Origin: an uncultured virus (IMG/VR IMGVR_UViG_3300028454_001154)
Taxonomy: Duplodnaviria > Heunggongvirae > Uroviricota > Caudoviricetes
Length of the DNA: 64,000 nucleotides
IMG/VR virus record: IMGVR_UViG_3300028454_001154
Strand: one strand, 5' to 3'
In this document: in pieces, positions 1 to 10,012 of the stretch
Layout: each line of letters begins with the position of its first letter
Position numbering within the stretch: position 1 is the first letter of the stretch
Notes under the pieces: model-generated
The model's database searches: none
Told to the model about the DNA's origin: nothing
The model's input: only the letters and a program-made list of their open reading frames with translations
Made by a program: the position numbers and the translations under genes

Positions 1-1029
1 ATGATGAAAACAAGCGATTTCTATTACGAGCTGCCCAAGGAGCTCATCGCCCAGACGCCCATCGCCCAGCGGGACCACTCCCGGCTGATGGTGCTGGACC
101 GCCATACGGGCGCGATCTCCCACGAGCATTTTTACGATATCAAAAAGCACCTGAACCCCGGCGACTGCCTCGTGATCAACGACACCCGCGTGCTGCCTGC
201 CCGTCTGTACGGCGTCAAGCAGGGCGGGGGAGCGAACGTCGAGGTGCTGCTGCTGAAAAACGTCGGAGGCGACGACTGGGAGTGCATCGTCTATCCGGGC
301 CGCAGGCTCAAGACGGGCGCCGTCGTCTCCTTCGGTGACGGTCAGCTGACGGGCGAGATCGTCGAGGTCAGGCCGGACGGCAACCGCGTCGTCCGCTTCA
401 CCTACGAGGGCATCTTCCTGGAACTGCTGGAGAAGATCGGCACCATGCCGCTGCCTCCCTATATCACCGAGCGTCTGGAGGACGGCGAGCGCTACCAGAC
501 CGTCTATTCCCGCGAAAACGGCTCTGCCGCCGCGCCGACGGCTGGCCTGCACTTCACGAAGGAGCTTCTCCGGGAGATCGAGGACATGGGCGTCGATATC
601 GTCCATGTCACGCTGCACGTGGGCCTGGGCACGTTCCGGCCTGTAAAGGAAGAAAACATTACAGACCACGTCATGCATGTGGAGCGCTATCACGTCACCG
701 AAGACGCCGCTGCGCGCATCAACGCCGCCAAGGCCCGGGGCGGACGCGTCATCGCCGTGGGCACCACCTCCTGCCGTACGCTGGAGACAATCGGCGACGA
801 AAACGGCGTCGTCCACGCAGGGGAGGGCGACACCGGCATCTTCATTTATCCCGGTTACCGCTTCAAGGTCCTCGACGGCCTGATCACCAACTTCCACCTC
901 CCGGAAAGCACCCTGATCATGCTCGTCTCCGCCTTCTCTACCCGCGAGATCATCCTCAAAGCCTACGAAGAAGCCGTCCGGGAGCGCTATAGGTTCTTCT
1001 CATTTGGCGATGCGATGTTTCTTTATTAA
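1..1029 (+). CDS. queA: S-adenosylmethionine:tRNA ribosyltransferase-isomerase (host gene)
   Basis: Diagnostic motifs [47 protein letters not shown] and [10 protein letters not shown]. Host-like GC-rich third codon positions. Confidence 0.97.
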   Translation: MMKTSDFYYELPKELIAQTPIAQRDHSRLMVLDRHTGAISHEHFYDIKKHLNPGDCLVINDTRVLPARLYGVKQGGGANVEVLLLKNVGGDDWECIVYPGRRLKTGAVVSFGDGQLTGEIVEVRPDGNRVVRFTYEGIFLELLEKIGTMPLPPYITERLEDGERYQTVYSRENGSAAAPTAGLHFTKELLREIEDMGVDIVHVTLHVGLGTFRPVKEENITDHVMHVERYHVTEDAAARINAAKARGGRVIAVGTTSCRTLETIGDENGVVHAGEGDTGIFIYPGYRFKVLDGLITNFHLPESTLIMLVSAFSTREIILKAYEEAVRERYRFFSFGDAMFLY

Positions 1030-1248
1030 GGATGCGCCTTTTTCCCAGAAATAAGCGAAAATGCCCGAGAAACCCCTTAAATACTGGACTTTTCGAGTGG
1101 TAAAGCAGAAGTTTTATCTACCGTTATAAGGATTCAGGAAGGAAAATGAAGCATCCTATACGAAAGTTTGCTACCGATGTTTAGTAGACGGTCGGTAATT
1201 ATTATTCAATGTTTTTTGCATAATATGCAGAAATGACATGGTTATTAT

Positions 1249-1280
1249 ATATCCCCTGCACCCAAGGATGCAGGGGATAT
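1249..1280. terminator. Hairpin terminator between convergent queA and integrase
   Basis: 12-bp inverted repeat ATATCCCCTGCA / TGCAGGGGATAT immediately after the integrase stop. Confidence 0.7.
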
Positions 1281-1282
1281 CT

Positions 1283-3022
1283 CTATTCCTCAACTTTGCT
1301 GAACACGCATTTGATTCCGGAGAAAAACTCTATAGATGTCACTGCTCCATCGGTAACAACGATTTCCTTCACTGTGGCGTTGAGAAACGATTTTGGAGCT
1401 GTTGGATCAATCTTGGAAAAGTATTGAGAGTAATCTAAAGGTTCGTCGCTCAAAAGGCGAGAAGCCATTACGAAGTAAGATGCCTTCTCGATAAACTCTT
1501 GTTCGTCATATGCTTTGGAATCTAATGCTTGTTCTTCCGAATGAAGCCGCTGTTCAAGCTCTGATAAGGAGTTCAGCAAAGAATTATGCTTGATGACGTA
1601 ATCTGTTTGAGAGATACCATTATCAGAATACAAGTACAGTGTTTCCAATCGCTTAATAGCGGTTTCGGCCTTTTGCATTTGGGAACGAAGAAGCTCGATC
1701 TCTGCTATTCTGTCAGACGTCATGTGCCGTTCGATTGGCGAAGTGTACTCAACAACAGTGTCTCCTGCTAACAAAGCATTTTTCAAGTCAAGAACGGCGG
1801 TGTCATCTAACCGTAAGCAAGCAAGATATGGTCCTGCGAGAAGCATTTTTTCAAGATTCGCTAATGATGTTTTTGGACCGATCTGGCCTTTTGTCTTAAT
1901 GATATTTGAAATAAAAGAAAAAACAAATGGGCCAAGATATGCGTCGGAAACATACTTGCTTTGACAATCGAGGCCACCCTTACGTTTGTTGGAGCAACCA
2001 TATATTGATGGACGCCAGCCGCTGACTCTACGACGATCCTGAGATGCGCTCATGTTTGCGCCACAGTTACCGCACCGCAGCAATCCCGCGAAGATATGGA
2101 CATTCTTGGTTTGACGTGAACTGTTGCGATCTGGTTGTCCTCGACGGTTACGAGCCAGCTTGTGCTGAACCCGATCAAATGTTATTGCATCGATAAGAGG
2201 CTCATGATGAGCGTCTATCGTTATCCAGTCTTCCGGAGCCCTTTGCTCATAGCCTTTCCTGTCTGAATGGACATTGTACCTGTAAGCTCCTGTGTACCAT
2301 ACATTTGTGAGGATCGTGTATATCCCCGGGATGCTCCATCGCTTTCCAGCTCTCGTAAGAAAGCCTTTATCATTCAGATATTTGACTATCTCCATCAGAG
2401 AAAACCCGCCTGCATCGTATAGTTCAAATATCCTTTTGCAGATTAGAGATTCTGAAATCTCAATGCTGAACGCCTTTGTGGCCTTATCGTACTTATACCC
2501 AAAAGGAACACGACCTCCGTTCCATTGGCCGTTGTTTGCCCGGGAAAGCATGACCGCCGTGACACGTTCGGCGGTCATGTTTCTCTCCAGCTCTGCAAAG
2601 ACAAGGATGATTTTGAGCATGGCTTCGCCTATTGCCGTGGATGTATCGAACTGTTCGTTCATGCTGACAAAGGCAATGCCCAGTGACTTAAGCTCTGCAT
2701 ACATGGAGGAGAAATCGAGAAGGTTACGGCTGATTCTGTCGATCTTCCAAACAAGCAGGTGGGAGAACTCCCCGGAGCGGAGCCTTGCCATCATTTTCTG
2801 GTAGTCCGGCCTGTCCGTATTTTTCGCGGAGTAACCTGCATCCTCAAAAACGACGAAGTCGTTAATACGGAGCACCATTTGAGCGTAAGCCTGCAGTTCG
2901 CGGCGCTGAACATCGAGCGAATCTTTATCAACCTGCCAGTGAGTCGATACCCTGATGTAAATAGCGACTTTTTTGCTGTCTAAAGGGGCTGGTACAGCTT
3001 TATTTTCGTTTGGCATATACAA
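1283..3022 (-). CDS. Large serine recombinase (phage integrase)
   Basis: N-terminal YIRVST catalytic Ser, DRISR, recombinase domain, zinc ribbon CGNCG...C...C, coiled coil. Confidence 0.95.
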   Translation of the reverse strand: MYMPNENKAVPAPLDSKKVAIYIRVSTHWQVDKDSLDVQRRELQAYAQMVLRINDFVVFEDAGYSAKNTDRPDYQKMMARLRSGEFSHLLVWKIDRISRNLLDFSSMYAELKSLGIAFVSMNEQFDTSTAIGEAMLKIILVFAELERNMTAERVTAVMLSRANNGQWNGGRVPFGYKYDKATKAFSIEISESLICKRIFELYDAGGFSLMEIVKYLNDKGFLTRAGKRWSIPGIYTILTNVWYTGAYRYNVHSDRKGYEQRAPEDWITIDAHHEPLIDAITFDRVQHKLARNRRGQPDRNSSRQTKNVHIFAGLLRCGNCGANMSASQDRRRVSGWRPSIYGCSNKRKGGLDCQSKYVSDAYLGPFVFSFISNIIKTKGQIGPKTSLANLEKMLLAGPYLACLRLDDTAVLDLKNALLAGDTVVEYTSPIERHMTSDRIAEIELLRSQMQKAETAIKRLETLYLYSDNGISQTDYVIKHNSLLNSLSELEQRLHSEEQALDSKAYDEQEFIEKASYFVMASRLLSDEPLDYSQYFSKIDPTAPKSFLNATVKEIVVTDGAVTSIEFFSGIKCVFSKVEE

Positions 3023-3063
3023 TCCTTCATTCCGTAAGCTCTTAAAGTCTGGGAGGCAGGGCT

Positions 3064-3441
3064 TTACTCGTCCACATTGTACTTGTCAAGGACAACATCG
3101 ACAACCTGACGATCTTCAAAGGATGCGCGGTTATACTTGAGCAGCAGCCTTCGTTCCTGACTCGTAAGAGAAGGGTATTTGTTGTCCGAGAGGCCGAGAA
3201 GCCAATCTAAGGAAACGTTGAAAAACCGAGCGATTGTCACGACATACTCCATTCGAGGGGCGCGAGCCATAGACAGATACCTATAGATCGTCGGATCCGG
3301 GATGGATGTCAGGTCTGAAAGGGCTTTTCCAGTAAGTCCGTTAGCCTCCATCAAGGATTTCAGGTTTGTTGAGAAAGCAGAGCTATACTCATAAGTGATG
3401 TCGGATGCCATTTGCGCGTACTCCTTTCTATGAGAACCCAT
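3064..3441 (-). CDS. XRE-family HTH repressor (CI-like)
   Basis: HTH ending IARFFNVSLDWLLG. Divergent from a Cro-like gene and upstream of the integrase. Confidence 0.85.
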   Translation of the reverse strand: MGSHRKEYAQMASDITYEYSSAFSTNLKSLMEANGLTGKALSDLTSIPDPTIYRYLSMARAPRMEYVVTIARFFNVSLDWLLGLSDNKYPSLTSQERRLLLKYNRASFEDRQVVDVVLDKYNVDE

Positions 3442-3501
3442 AATGTATTTTACAATGATTTCGGAAAATGTGCAATTATTTCGGGAAAAACAAATTATTT
3501 A

Positions 3502-3530
3502 TTGACTTCTACCAATTGGTAGCTTATAAT
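3502..3530 (+). promoter_or_regulatory. Early lytic sigma-A promoter with palindromic operator in its spacer
   Basis: TTGACT-17bp-TATAAT. Perfect palindrome CTACCAATTGGTAG at 3509-3522. Confidence 0.85.
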
Positions 3531-3565
3531 AATCGTAAAGATATCTAATCCAAGGAGGCGATCAG

Positions 3566-3826
3566 GTGAATGTGCGAGAGCTAAAAGCCGCCAGAGTCAG
3601 GCTTGGTTATAGGCAAAGCGATGTTGCGAAACAGCTCGGCATCAGCACATCGTCTTGGAACGCCAAGGAAAACGGCAGAACAGGTATGACGAGAGACCAG
3701 ATTATCAAATGCTGCGAGATATTCCAACTATCGTTCGACCAGATGAACGATTTTATTTTTGACGGAAAGCTACCGAATGGTAGTTTTACAAATACCAATG
3801 TGGAGACAGCTGCAGATCGGATATGA
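3566..3826 (+). CDS. Cro-like HTH regulator
   Basis: LKAARVRLGYRQSDVAKQLGIS..W..KENG XRE pattern. GTG start with AGGAGG RBS. Confidence 0.85.
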   Translation: MNVRELKAARVRLGYRQSDVAKQLGISTSSWNAKENGRTGMTRDQIIKCCEIFQLSFDQMNDFIFDGKLPNGSFTNTNVETAADRI

Positions 3827-3872
3827 TTCGCTCTCACTATGGTAATTGTATCGCATACGGAGGTAGGAATAA

Positions 3873-4376
3873 ATGGGTCGTGGAGCCACAAAAGCCAGCG
3901 GGAATGTATGGTATCAAGCCCGAATAGATGCCGCAAGGATCAACGAGAAGCTGAGCAGTCGTTCAGGAGCCGCTGAGGTCATGGGGCTGTCTGAAGACGC
4001 CGTCAAATCTGCAGAGCTTGGACTATACAAGTCCATGCCTGTCGAGAATGCGGTGTTAATGGCAGACAGCTACGGTGCGCCCGAGTTGCTCAATTACTAC
4101 TGCTTGCATGAATGTCCCATCGGATGCAATCGGCCCATATCTGCTGATGTTGTCGGCATTGAGCGCGTTACCGTCAAACTCCTAAAGAACCTCAGAGTTG
4201 AGCAGCTGAAGGACTTCAAGGAAAAACTCATTGATATTGCTTATGACGGCAGGGTATCCGCAGAAGAACTGCCAGACATGGTCGATATCATGTCCTACCT
4301 TGACGAGTTGTCCAAGACAGTCAGTGAGTTGAAAATCATCGGGGAGAAAGCGTTGAAAGGCAGGGAAGCCGAATGA
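3873..4376 (+). CDS. Phage regulatory protein (HTH-like)
   Basis: Follows cro, has an RBS and an HTH-like segment RSGAAEVMGLSEDAV. Confidence 0.55.
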   Translation: MGRGATKASGNVWYQARIDAARINEKLSSRSGAAEVMGLSEDAVKSAELGLYKSMPVENAVLMADSYGAPELLNYYCLHECPIGCNRPISADVVGIERVTVKLLKNLRVEQLKDFKEKLIDIAYDGRVSAEELPDMVDIMSYLDELSKTVSELKIIGEKALKGREAE

Positions 4377-4621
4377 CAGAACTGGCTGCTGACCTTTGGA
4401 AGCTGCTTATAAAGCAGTACGGAATCAAGAGCATGAAGGATCTTGACGCCGCCATCAATGAGCTGGGGGCGCTGGACATATCACCAATGACAGAGAAAGG
4501 AACCGAAAGCCATGAAAAAGAAAACCGTGACGTCAGTCATCGCAGCGGCTATTGCAATGTCGAGCGCAGCATTTCCGAGCGCCGAAACCGCCAGCAAAGC
4601 AAAGGACGTTGGGATTATTGA
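4373..4621 (+). CDS. Hypothetical phage protein
   Basis: ATGA overlap with the upstream gene. The 3' half overlaps the next ORF, so the call is uncertain. Confidence 0.4.
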   Translation: MTELAADLWKLLIKQYGIKSMKDLDAAINELGALDISPMTEKGTESHEKENRDVSHRSGYCNVERSISERRNRQQSKGRWDY

Positions 4622-5108
4622 TCTTCTTGACGATCCCGGGCCTGTTGTAACGGCAGACCAGTTAGACATCATCCAAGAGCATGCAGACGAGAAGTTCAGG
4701 ATTATCACTACTGCCGCCAAGGGCCTTGATGTCAACCCCGTTGATGTTGACATGCTCGCCTGTGCCATTTATCAGGAGGCTGGCGGGAACGCCGCCAGCG
4801 ATAAATGCCGGATGATGGTTGGCGATGTAATCCTCAACCGAGTTGCAGATGAACGCTTCCCGAACAATATCCATGATGTGCTGACCCAGAAAAGGCAGTA
4901 TGGAAGGTTCTGGTTGACTGGAATTGTATGGCCTGAACGGGCGTCCAACGCAAACGAAGCCTATGCCGTTCAAAGAGCTTATGACATAGCGGAACGGCTT
5001 TTGTCCGGTGAGCATACGGAGCTTTATGGCAAAGGCTACATCTGGCAGGCAGAGTTCAAACAAGGTCACGACATCATCTATCTGGACGGCCTGTATTTCG
5101 GGAAATAG
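4512..5108 (+). CDS. SleB/Hydrolase_2-family cell wall hydrolase with signal peptide
   Basis: MKKK plus hydrophobic N-terminus. LACAIYQEAGG, VGDVILNRV, FPNNIHDVL.Q..QY. Confidence 0.8.
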   Translation: MKKKTVTSVIAAAIAMSSAAFPSAETASKAKDVGIIDLLDDPGPVVTADQLDIIQEHADEKFRIITTAAKGLDVNPVDVDMLACAIYQEAGGNAASDKCRMMVGDVILNRVADERFPNNIHDVLTQKRQYGRFWLTGIVWPERASNANEAYAVQRAYDIAERLLSGEHTELYGKGYIWQAEFKQGHDIIYLDGLYFGK

Positions 5109-5120
5109 GAGGAATGACTG

Positions 5121-5339
5121 ATGACGAGCAGAGAATATCTCCCCGATTATATGTTGGAACCCAAGGAATCTCGTCCTATTTGCACTTGTCCTTACTGCGG
5201 GGAGGATATTTACCCCGGTGACGAGATTATCGAGTTTGAAGGTGACAAGTATCACGTTGAATGCTTTCAGGATCAAGCCTATGTGATTCTCTGCAATCTT
5301 TATGATCTTCGAGTGAAAGAAGCGTCCAGAGATGAGTGA
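5121..5339 (+). CDS. Small zinc-finger protein
   Basis: CPYCG...H.EC motif, with RBS. Confidence 0.6.
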   Translation: MTSREYLPDYMLEPKESRPICTCPYCGEDIYPGDEIIEFEGDKYHVECFQDQAYVILCNLYDLRVKEASRDE

Positions 5340-5952
5340 GCGTATTCAGATGCCGGAGTTTCCAGAACTGACGTTTGAAGAAGCACCACACATCTATCGG
5401 CTGAACGGTGAACAGATACCGAGCGTGTCCACTATCATGAAGCCCCTCAGCAACGAGTATTACCAAGGCGTGAATGATCGGACATTATCAAAGGCAGCTG
5501 AAAAGGGGACAAATGTCCATAACGCCATTGATAACTGGATCAACTTTGGCTTTGTTGATATCCCGACTGAGAACAGGCCGTACATGGACGCTTTCCTCCA
5601 ATGGTGGGATGTAACGAAACCGGAGGTTGTCGGTACGGAAATAAGGATGTACCACAAGATACGCCAATATGCAGGGACTTGTGATCTGCTTTGTTATATC
5701 AGCGACAAACTGACGCTGATCGACTATAAGACATCCTATAGGATCGTGGAAATGCTGTACGGAGTACAGCTTGAAGCCTATAAGCAGGCGTTATCAAGTC
5801 ACAAAATTGAAGTCGAGCAAAAGATGGTGCTACATCTTGCAAAAGACAGACAGTACAAGGAGCATTGGTTCCCGGCTACTGACCCCGAAAGAGCACTTGT
5901 CTTCGGGGCGTGTGAAACGTTACACCGCTATACGCAGAAGTATAGAGGATAA
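5332..5952 (+). CDS. PD-(D/E)XK exonuclease of the recombination module
   Basis: PSVSTI, KGTNVH, YAGTCDLL, LIDYKT, QLEAY. Confidence 0.8.
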   Translation: MSERIQMPEFPELTFEEAPHIYRLNGEQIPSVSTIMKPLSNEYYQGVNDRTLSKAAEKGTNVHNAIDNWINFGFVDIPTENRPYMDAFLQWWDVTKPEVVGTEIRMYHKIRQYAGTCDLLCYISDKLTLIDYKTSYRIVEMLYGVQLEAYKQALSSHKIEVEQKMVLHLAKDRQYKEHWFPATDPERALVFGACETLHRYTQKYRG

Positions 5953-5975
5953 TAAATGACAAGGAAGGTGCAACT

Positions 5976-6695
5976 ATGAGTGAAGTTTTGGCAGTCAAGG
6001 CCAGCGAGCCTCTGGTTCTTGATACTCAGGCGAAGCAGAATCTCGACAAGGAAGTAAGCATTATTGAGCGTCAGGCCATGGCTATCGATGTTTCTTCCGA
6101 TCTCGGATACTCTGCCGCAGGAAGCCTGCTTGTTCAGATCAAGGACATGCAGAAGAAGATCAAGGAATATTGGAGCCCTCTTAAATCAGCCACAGACAAG
6201 GCGCACAAGGATGTGGTGGCAAGGGAAAAGGAAATGCTCCAGCCGATAGCTGGGGCGGAAATCATCCTTAAGGGAAAGATGGGCGAATACACGAAACGAC
6301 AGCGGCAAATAGCCGAGGAGCTTGAAGCCAGAAAACGCAGAGAAGCCGAGGAGGAAGCAGCGAAAAAGCTCGCCGAAGCAGCTGCACTGGAAAACTCCGG
6401 TGATAACCTCGGCGCCGATTACGCCATGGCGGAAGCTGAGGTCTATGAGCAGTATGCCAACTTCGTAACTGTTGATGTCAAGAAGCCCAAGGTACAGGGC
6501 GTTTCTACCACTAAGTCATGGAAGATCAAGTCCATCGACCCGAATCTTGTACCCACGTTCTTTAATGGAATTGAGCTTCGTCCGGTCGATAAAGCAGCCG
6601 TGCTCAGACTCGTCAAGGCATCCAAGGGATCGATTATCATTCCCGGTGTAGAAATCGAAGAAGATGTGGTAATCAGCGCGAGAGCGCAGAAATGA
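5976..6695 (+). CDS. Coiled-coil phage protein in the recombination module
   Basis: Long E/K/A-rich helix and C-terminal IPGVEI. Lies between the exonuclease and the annealing protein. Confidence 0.6.
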   Translation: MSEVLAVKASEPLVLDTQAKQNLDKEVSIIERQAMAIDVSSDLGYSAAGSLLVQIKDMQKKIKEYWSPLKSATDKAHKDVVAREKEMLQPIAGAEIILKGKMGEYTKRQRQIAEELEARKRREAEEEAAKKLAEAAALENSGDNLGADYAMAEAEVYEQYANFVTVDVKKPKVQGVSTTKSWKIKSIDPNLVPTFFNGIELRPVDKAAVLRLVKASKGSIIIPGVEIEEDVVISARAQK

Positions 6696-6709
6696 CTAAG
6701 GAGGAAACC

Positions 6710-7633
6710 ATGGGAAACGAACTTGCTACAACGAATGAGAAGAGCTTGGCTCCGATGACACCGAAAGCCAGCAACTCCCTCACCATTTTCAGCAGTGCTG
6801 AGAGTTTCCAGCTTGCAATGAAAATGGCCGAGACATTAGCCAAATCGACCATTGTCCCCAAAGCATATCAGGGGAATCCGGGCAACTGCCTTATTGCGAT
6901 TGAAATGGCATCGAGGATCGACACCAGCCCAATGATGGTCATGCAGAACCTCTATATCGTTAATGGCAACCCCAGTTGGTCGAGTCAGTGGATCATTGCC
7001 ATGATCAACAACAGCGGCAGGTTCAGGACAGAGCTTCAGTTTGACTTTGGATATGCTCCCGAGGACGGCGGCCTTAGCTGTATCGCATGGGCACTGGACA
7101 AGGGAGGCCGCAAGGTCACTGGCCCCAAAATCACCATGCAGATGGCAAAAGACGAGGGCTGGTATGGCAAGAGTGGGAGCAAGTGGAAGACTATGCCCGA
7201 GGTCATGATCCGGTATCGCGCGGCGTCGTTCTTCGGACGTGTCAACTGCCCGGATCTGGTCATGGGCATCTACTCACAGGATGAAGTGTACGACATGGGC
7301 GAAGAGGCCACCGAGGTTCCGGCAGTTATGATCACGAACCCCGATACTGGCGAGATTATCACTCTGACGGATGAAGTCAAGGAAGACCCCGAAATCACTC
7401 AGGAGCAGCGCCACATGCTTTTCAGGACAGCGCGACAGAACCTTGGAGCAGACGCTGATTCCGTTCTCAAGGACATTCTCAACAGCAGAGGGCTTGAATC
7501 CACGGCGGGGATGAAAACCTCCAAATACCGCGAAGTCATGTCTGACCTGATGAATGTTATCGATACGGTCAACCGCGAAAGCGAGGCTGCTGATTATGCC
7601 GAGCACAACGAAGAGCCTCCCACGGAGGAATGA
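6710..7633 (+). CDS. RecT-like single-strand annealing protein
   Basis: STIVPKAYQGNPGNCLIA, MMVMQNLYIVNG.PSW, KWKTMPEVM.RYRAASF. Start placed at the ATG after AGGAGG. Confidence 0.75.
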   Translation: MGNELATTNEKSLAPMTPKASNSLTIFSSAESFQLAMKMAETLAKSTIVPKAYQGNPGNCLIAIEMASRIDTSPMMVMQNLYIVNGNPSWSSQWIIAMINNSGRFRTELQFDFGYAPEDGGLSCIAWALDKGGRKVTGPKITMQMAKDEGWYGKSGSKWKTMPEVMIRYRAASFFGRVNCPDLVMGIYSQDEVYDMGEEATEVPAVMITNPDTGEIITLTDEVKEDPEITQEQRHMLFRTARQNLGADADSVLKDILNSRGLESTAGMKTSKYREVMSDLMNVIDTVNRESEAADYAEHNEEPPTEE

Positions 7634-7662
7634 TCCAACCAGTTTGAAAAGCAGGTGATGAT

Positions 7663-8475
7663 ATGGCATGGATCTCGGTCCATGATAGCCTGTACGGTCC
7701 AAAGCTCAGGGAGTTATACCACCGTCTCGGCTGTTCAGAGTTTGAGGCGGTGGGTCTCCTTGTATCACTCTGGATGTGGGGGCTTCAAAATGCAACGGCA
7801 GAAGGAAAGATCCCGCACACAGGCCGGGCTGACATAGAACGATACCTTTACAGCAGATCTTCCGGAAGCGCTACTGAACCCGGAAAGGTTGTCGAAGCAC
7901 TTTTTCAAAGCGGTTGGCTGGAGGAGCGGGAAAGCGATATCTACATCCACGATTGGCTTGAATGGCAGAGGCCCGTTTACAAAGATGAACGGCGGAGAGC
8001 GAGTGATTCCGAGAGGCAGCGAAAATGGCGTCAGCACAAGAACGCGACTCAACAGAGCGATCAGCTCACCCTGCCAGAGGTTTTGCCGGGAAACTCTCCG
8101 GAACAGATCGCACTTACCCCGCAAATCGCATCAAAGCCCCGGGAAAAGGCGAAAACCAAAAGGACAACAAACAACTACCCACAGCACTTTTTGGACTTCT
8201 GGGAGGTCTATCCGCGAAAAGACGACAAGGGAACTGCGTACAAGAACTATCAGGCGAGGCTGAACAATGGCTTTTCTGAGGAGGAGTTGCTTGCAGCTGC
8301 AGAGAAGTACGCCGCTCAATGCAAGAGAAACAAGACGGAGAAGAAGTTTATCAAACAGCCGGGGACATTCCTTTCGGCAAATATGCCGTTTCTTGATTTC
8401 CTACCCAAGGACAAGAACCAAACTCATGAACCCGACAATGGCAACCCGTTTGCCAAGTGGATGGACGGTGAATAG
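7663..8475 (+). CDS. Phage replication initiator
   Basis: MAWI N-terminus, IHDWLEWQ, C-terminal FLDFWEVYPRK domain. Precedes a DnaC-like ATPase. Confidence 0.75.
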   Translation: MAWISVHDSLYGPKLRELYHRLGCSEFEAVGLLVSLWMWGLQNATAEGKIPHTGRADIERYLYSRSSGSATEPGKVVEALFQSGWLEERESDIYIHDWLEWQRPVYKDERRRASDSERQRKWRQHKNATQQSDQLTLPEVLPGNSPEQIALTPQIASKPREKAKTKRTTNNYPQHFLDFWEVYPRKDDKGTAYKNYQARLNNGFSEEELLAAAEKYAAQCKRNKTEKKFIKQPGTFLSANMPFLDFLPKDKNQTHEPDNGNPFAKWMDGE

Positions 8476-8483
8476 GTGAACAA

Positions 8484-9386
8484 ATGATACCGACGATGAA
8501 TGTCTACGCCATGATGAAGGACATTGCCGCAAGAGGGCTGGCAAACCAAACGATTGGCGAGAAAGACTACTATGACGAAAACGACATCCTCATTTGTGGA
8601 GTCTGCGGGGAGCCGAGACAAAGGTTTATGATGATTGCCGACCCAACTAAGGAAGACAAGGATCATCAATCCCCACTCAAAGTCGCCCGGGCCTGTAAGT
8701 GTGATCGGGATAGAGAAGCTGCTATCGAGGCAGAAGAGAAACGGAAGCGTGAGATGCAGGCAATTGCAGCGTTGCGTTCCGCGAGCCTTATGGATGACAG
8801 ACTTGCCGAAGCCACTTTCGATAAGTTTACGCACACTGGCAAGAACGAGGATGTTTACCGTGTATGCAAGCGATACGCTGACCAATTTGAGCTCATGGTT
8901 TCCAAAAACCAAGGGCTTTTGCTGTGCGGTGGCGTTGGAACAGGAAAGACGTTTGCCGCAGCCTGTATTGCGAATCAGCTGCTTGATAAAGGGATTCCCG
9001 TGGTGATGACCTCGTTTGTAAGATTGATTCAGCTTATTCAAAACGGGGACATGAAGGATACCGAAATCATCGAGAAGATGAAACGTGCCAAGCTCGTCAT
9101 CTTTGATGACCTTGGTGCTGAACGCTCTACGGACTATGCACTGGAAAAGGTCTACAGCATCGTTGATGCTCGATACGGTCAGAAACTCCCGTGTATTTTC
9201 ACTTCTAACATTCCGTTGAAGGAAATGCAGGAAGATGACGACGTGCGATTCAGCAGGATATATGACCGAATCTTCAGCAATTGCTATCCTCTGCAGCTGA
9301 CAGGAGCCAGTTGGAGAAAGCGAGAAGCTGGCAGAAGGTTTGTGGACATGGGAAAGTTCTTTGACGATAAGGAGCAAACGCAATGA
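8484..9386 (+). CDS. DnaC/IstB-like helicase loader ATPase
   Basis: Walker A GGVGTGKT, Walker B IFDDLGAE, RIYDRI, N-terminal Cys cluster. Confidence 0.9.
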   Translation: MIPTMNVYAMMKDIAARGLANQTIGEKDYYDENDILICGVCGEPRQRFMMIADPTKEDKDHQSPLKVARACKCDRDREAAIEAEEKRKREMQAIAALRSASLMDDRLAEATFDKFTHTGKNEDVYRVCKRYADQFELMVSKNQGLLLCGGVGTGKTFAAACIANQLLDKGIPVVMTSFVRLIQLIQNGDMKDTEIIEKMKRAKLVIFDDLGAERSTDYALEKVYSIVDARYGQKLPCIFTSNIPLKEMQEDDDVRFSRIYDRIFSNCYPLQLTGASWRKREAGRRFVDMGKFFDDKEQTQ

Positions 9387-9583
9387 TCGAAGATAAATAC
9401 CCTGAGGGCTATTTGCTTATAGAGAATGAGGAAGAACGCTTGAATGTGGCGAGGACTTTGCTTAAACAAGGTTACACGGTACAAATCCGCAGGAAGAAAA
9501 ACGGGAAGTCTTTTCGATACTATGTCTACTACAACATGACGCCGAGAGATATCCCGGACGAAGGCAACTCCGATGAAGGTTAA
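9383..9583 (+). CDS. Hypothetical phage protein
   Basis: RBS and overlaps with both neighbours. Confidence 0.55.
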   Translation: MIEDKYPEGYLLIENEEERLNVARTLLKQGYTVQIRRKKNGKSFRYYVYYNMTPRDIPDEGNSDEG

Positions 9584-10001
9584 GTTTATCATCCTTGGTG
9601 ATCCGTTCGGAAAACAGAGGCCCCGGTCAGCATTGCGCGGGCAGCATGCTCACATGTACACGCCAAAGGAAACCGTTGACTATGAAAAAACGGTTCGGCT
9701 GGAATATGAGAGGCAATGCGGAGAATGGCGTTTTCCTGACGATATGCCCTTGGACATGAGAGTTCTGGCCTATCTGCCAATCCCAAAAAGCACAAGCAAG
9801 AAGAAGAGGCAGCTCATGCTTGACAAAAAACTCCGACCGATCAAGAAGCCGGATTCCTCCAATATCATAAAGACCATTGAAGACGCGCTCAACAATGTCG
9901 CGTACCATGATGATACACAAATTGTGGACAGTATGGTGCGTCGATTCTACGGAGATCCGCCGAGAGTTGTTGTAACCATCGAAGACGCACAAACGGAATA
10001 G
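9573..10001 (+). CDS. rusA: RusA-family Holliday junction resolvase
   Basis: KQRPR, KKPDSSNIIKTIEDALN.VAY.DDTQIV. Confidence 0.88.
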   Translation: MKVKFIILGDPFGKQRPRSALRGQHAHMYTPKETVDYEKTVRLEYERQCGEWRFPDDMPLDMRVLAYLPIPKSTSKKKRQLMLDKKLRPIKKPDSSNIIKTIEDALNNVAYHDDTQIVDSMVRRFYGDPPRVVVTIEDAQTE

Positions 10002-10012
10002 GAGATGGATAT

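Noticed and set aside
2549..2579. 11-bp perfect inverted repeat CATGACCGCCG/CGGCGGTCATG inside the integrase
   Set aside because: Single copy within coding sequence (MTAERVTAVM). Nothing supports a role as an att site or terminator.
5332..5952. Cas4 / CRISPR adaptation gene
   Set aside because: It lacks the Fe-S cysteine cluster and sits beside a RecT-like gene, so it is a phage recombination exonuclease.
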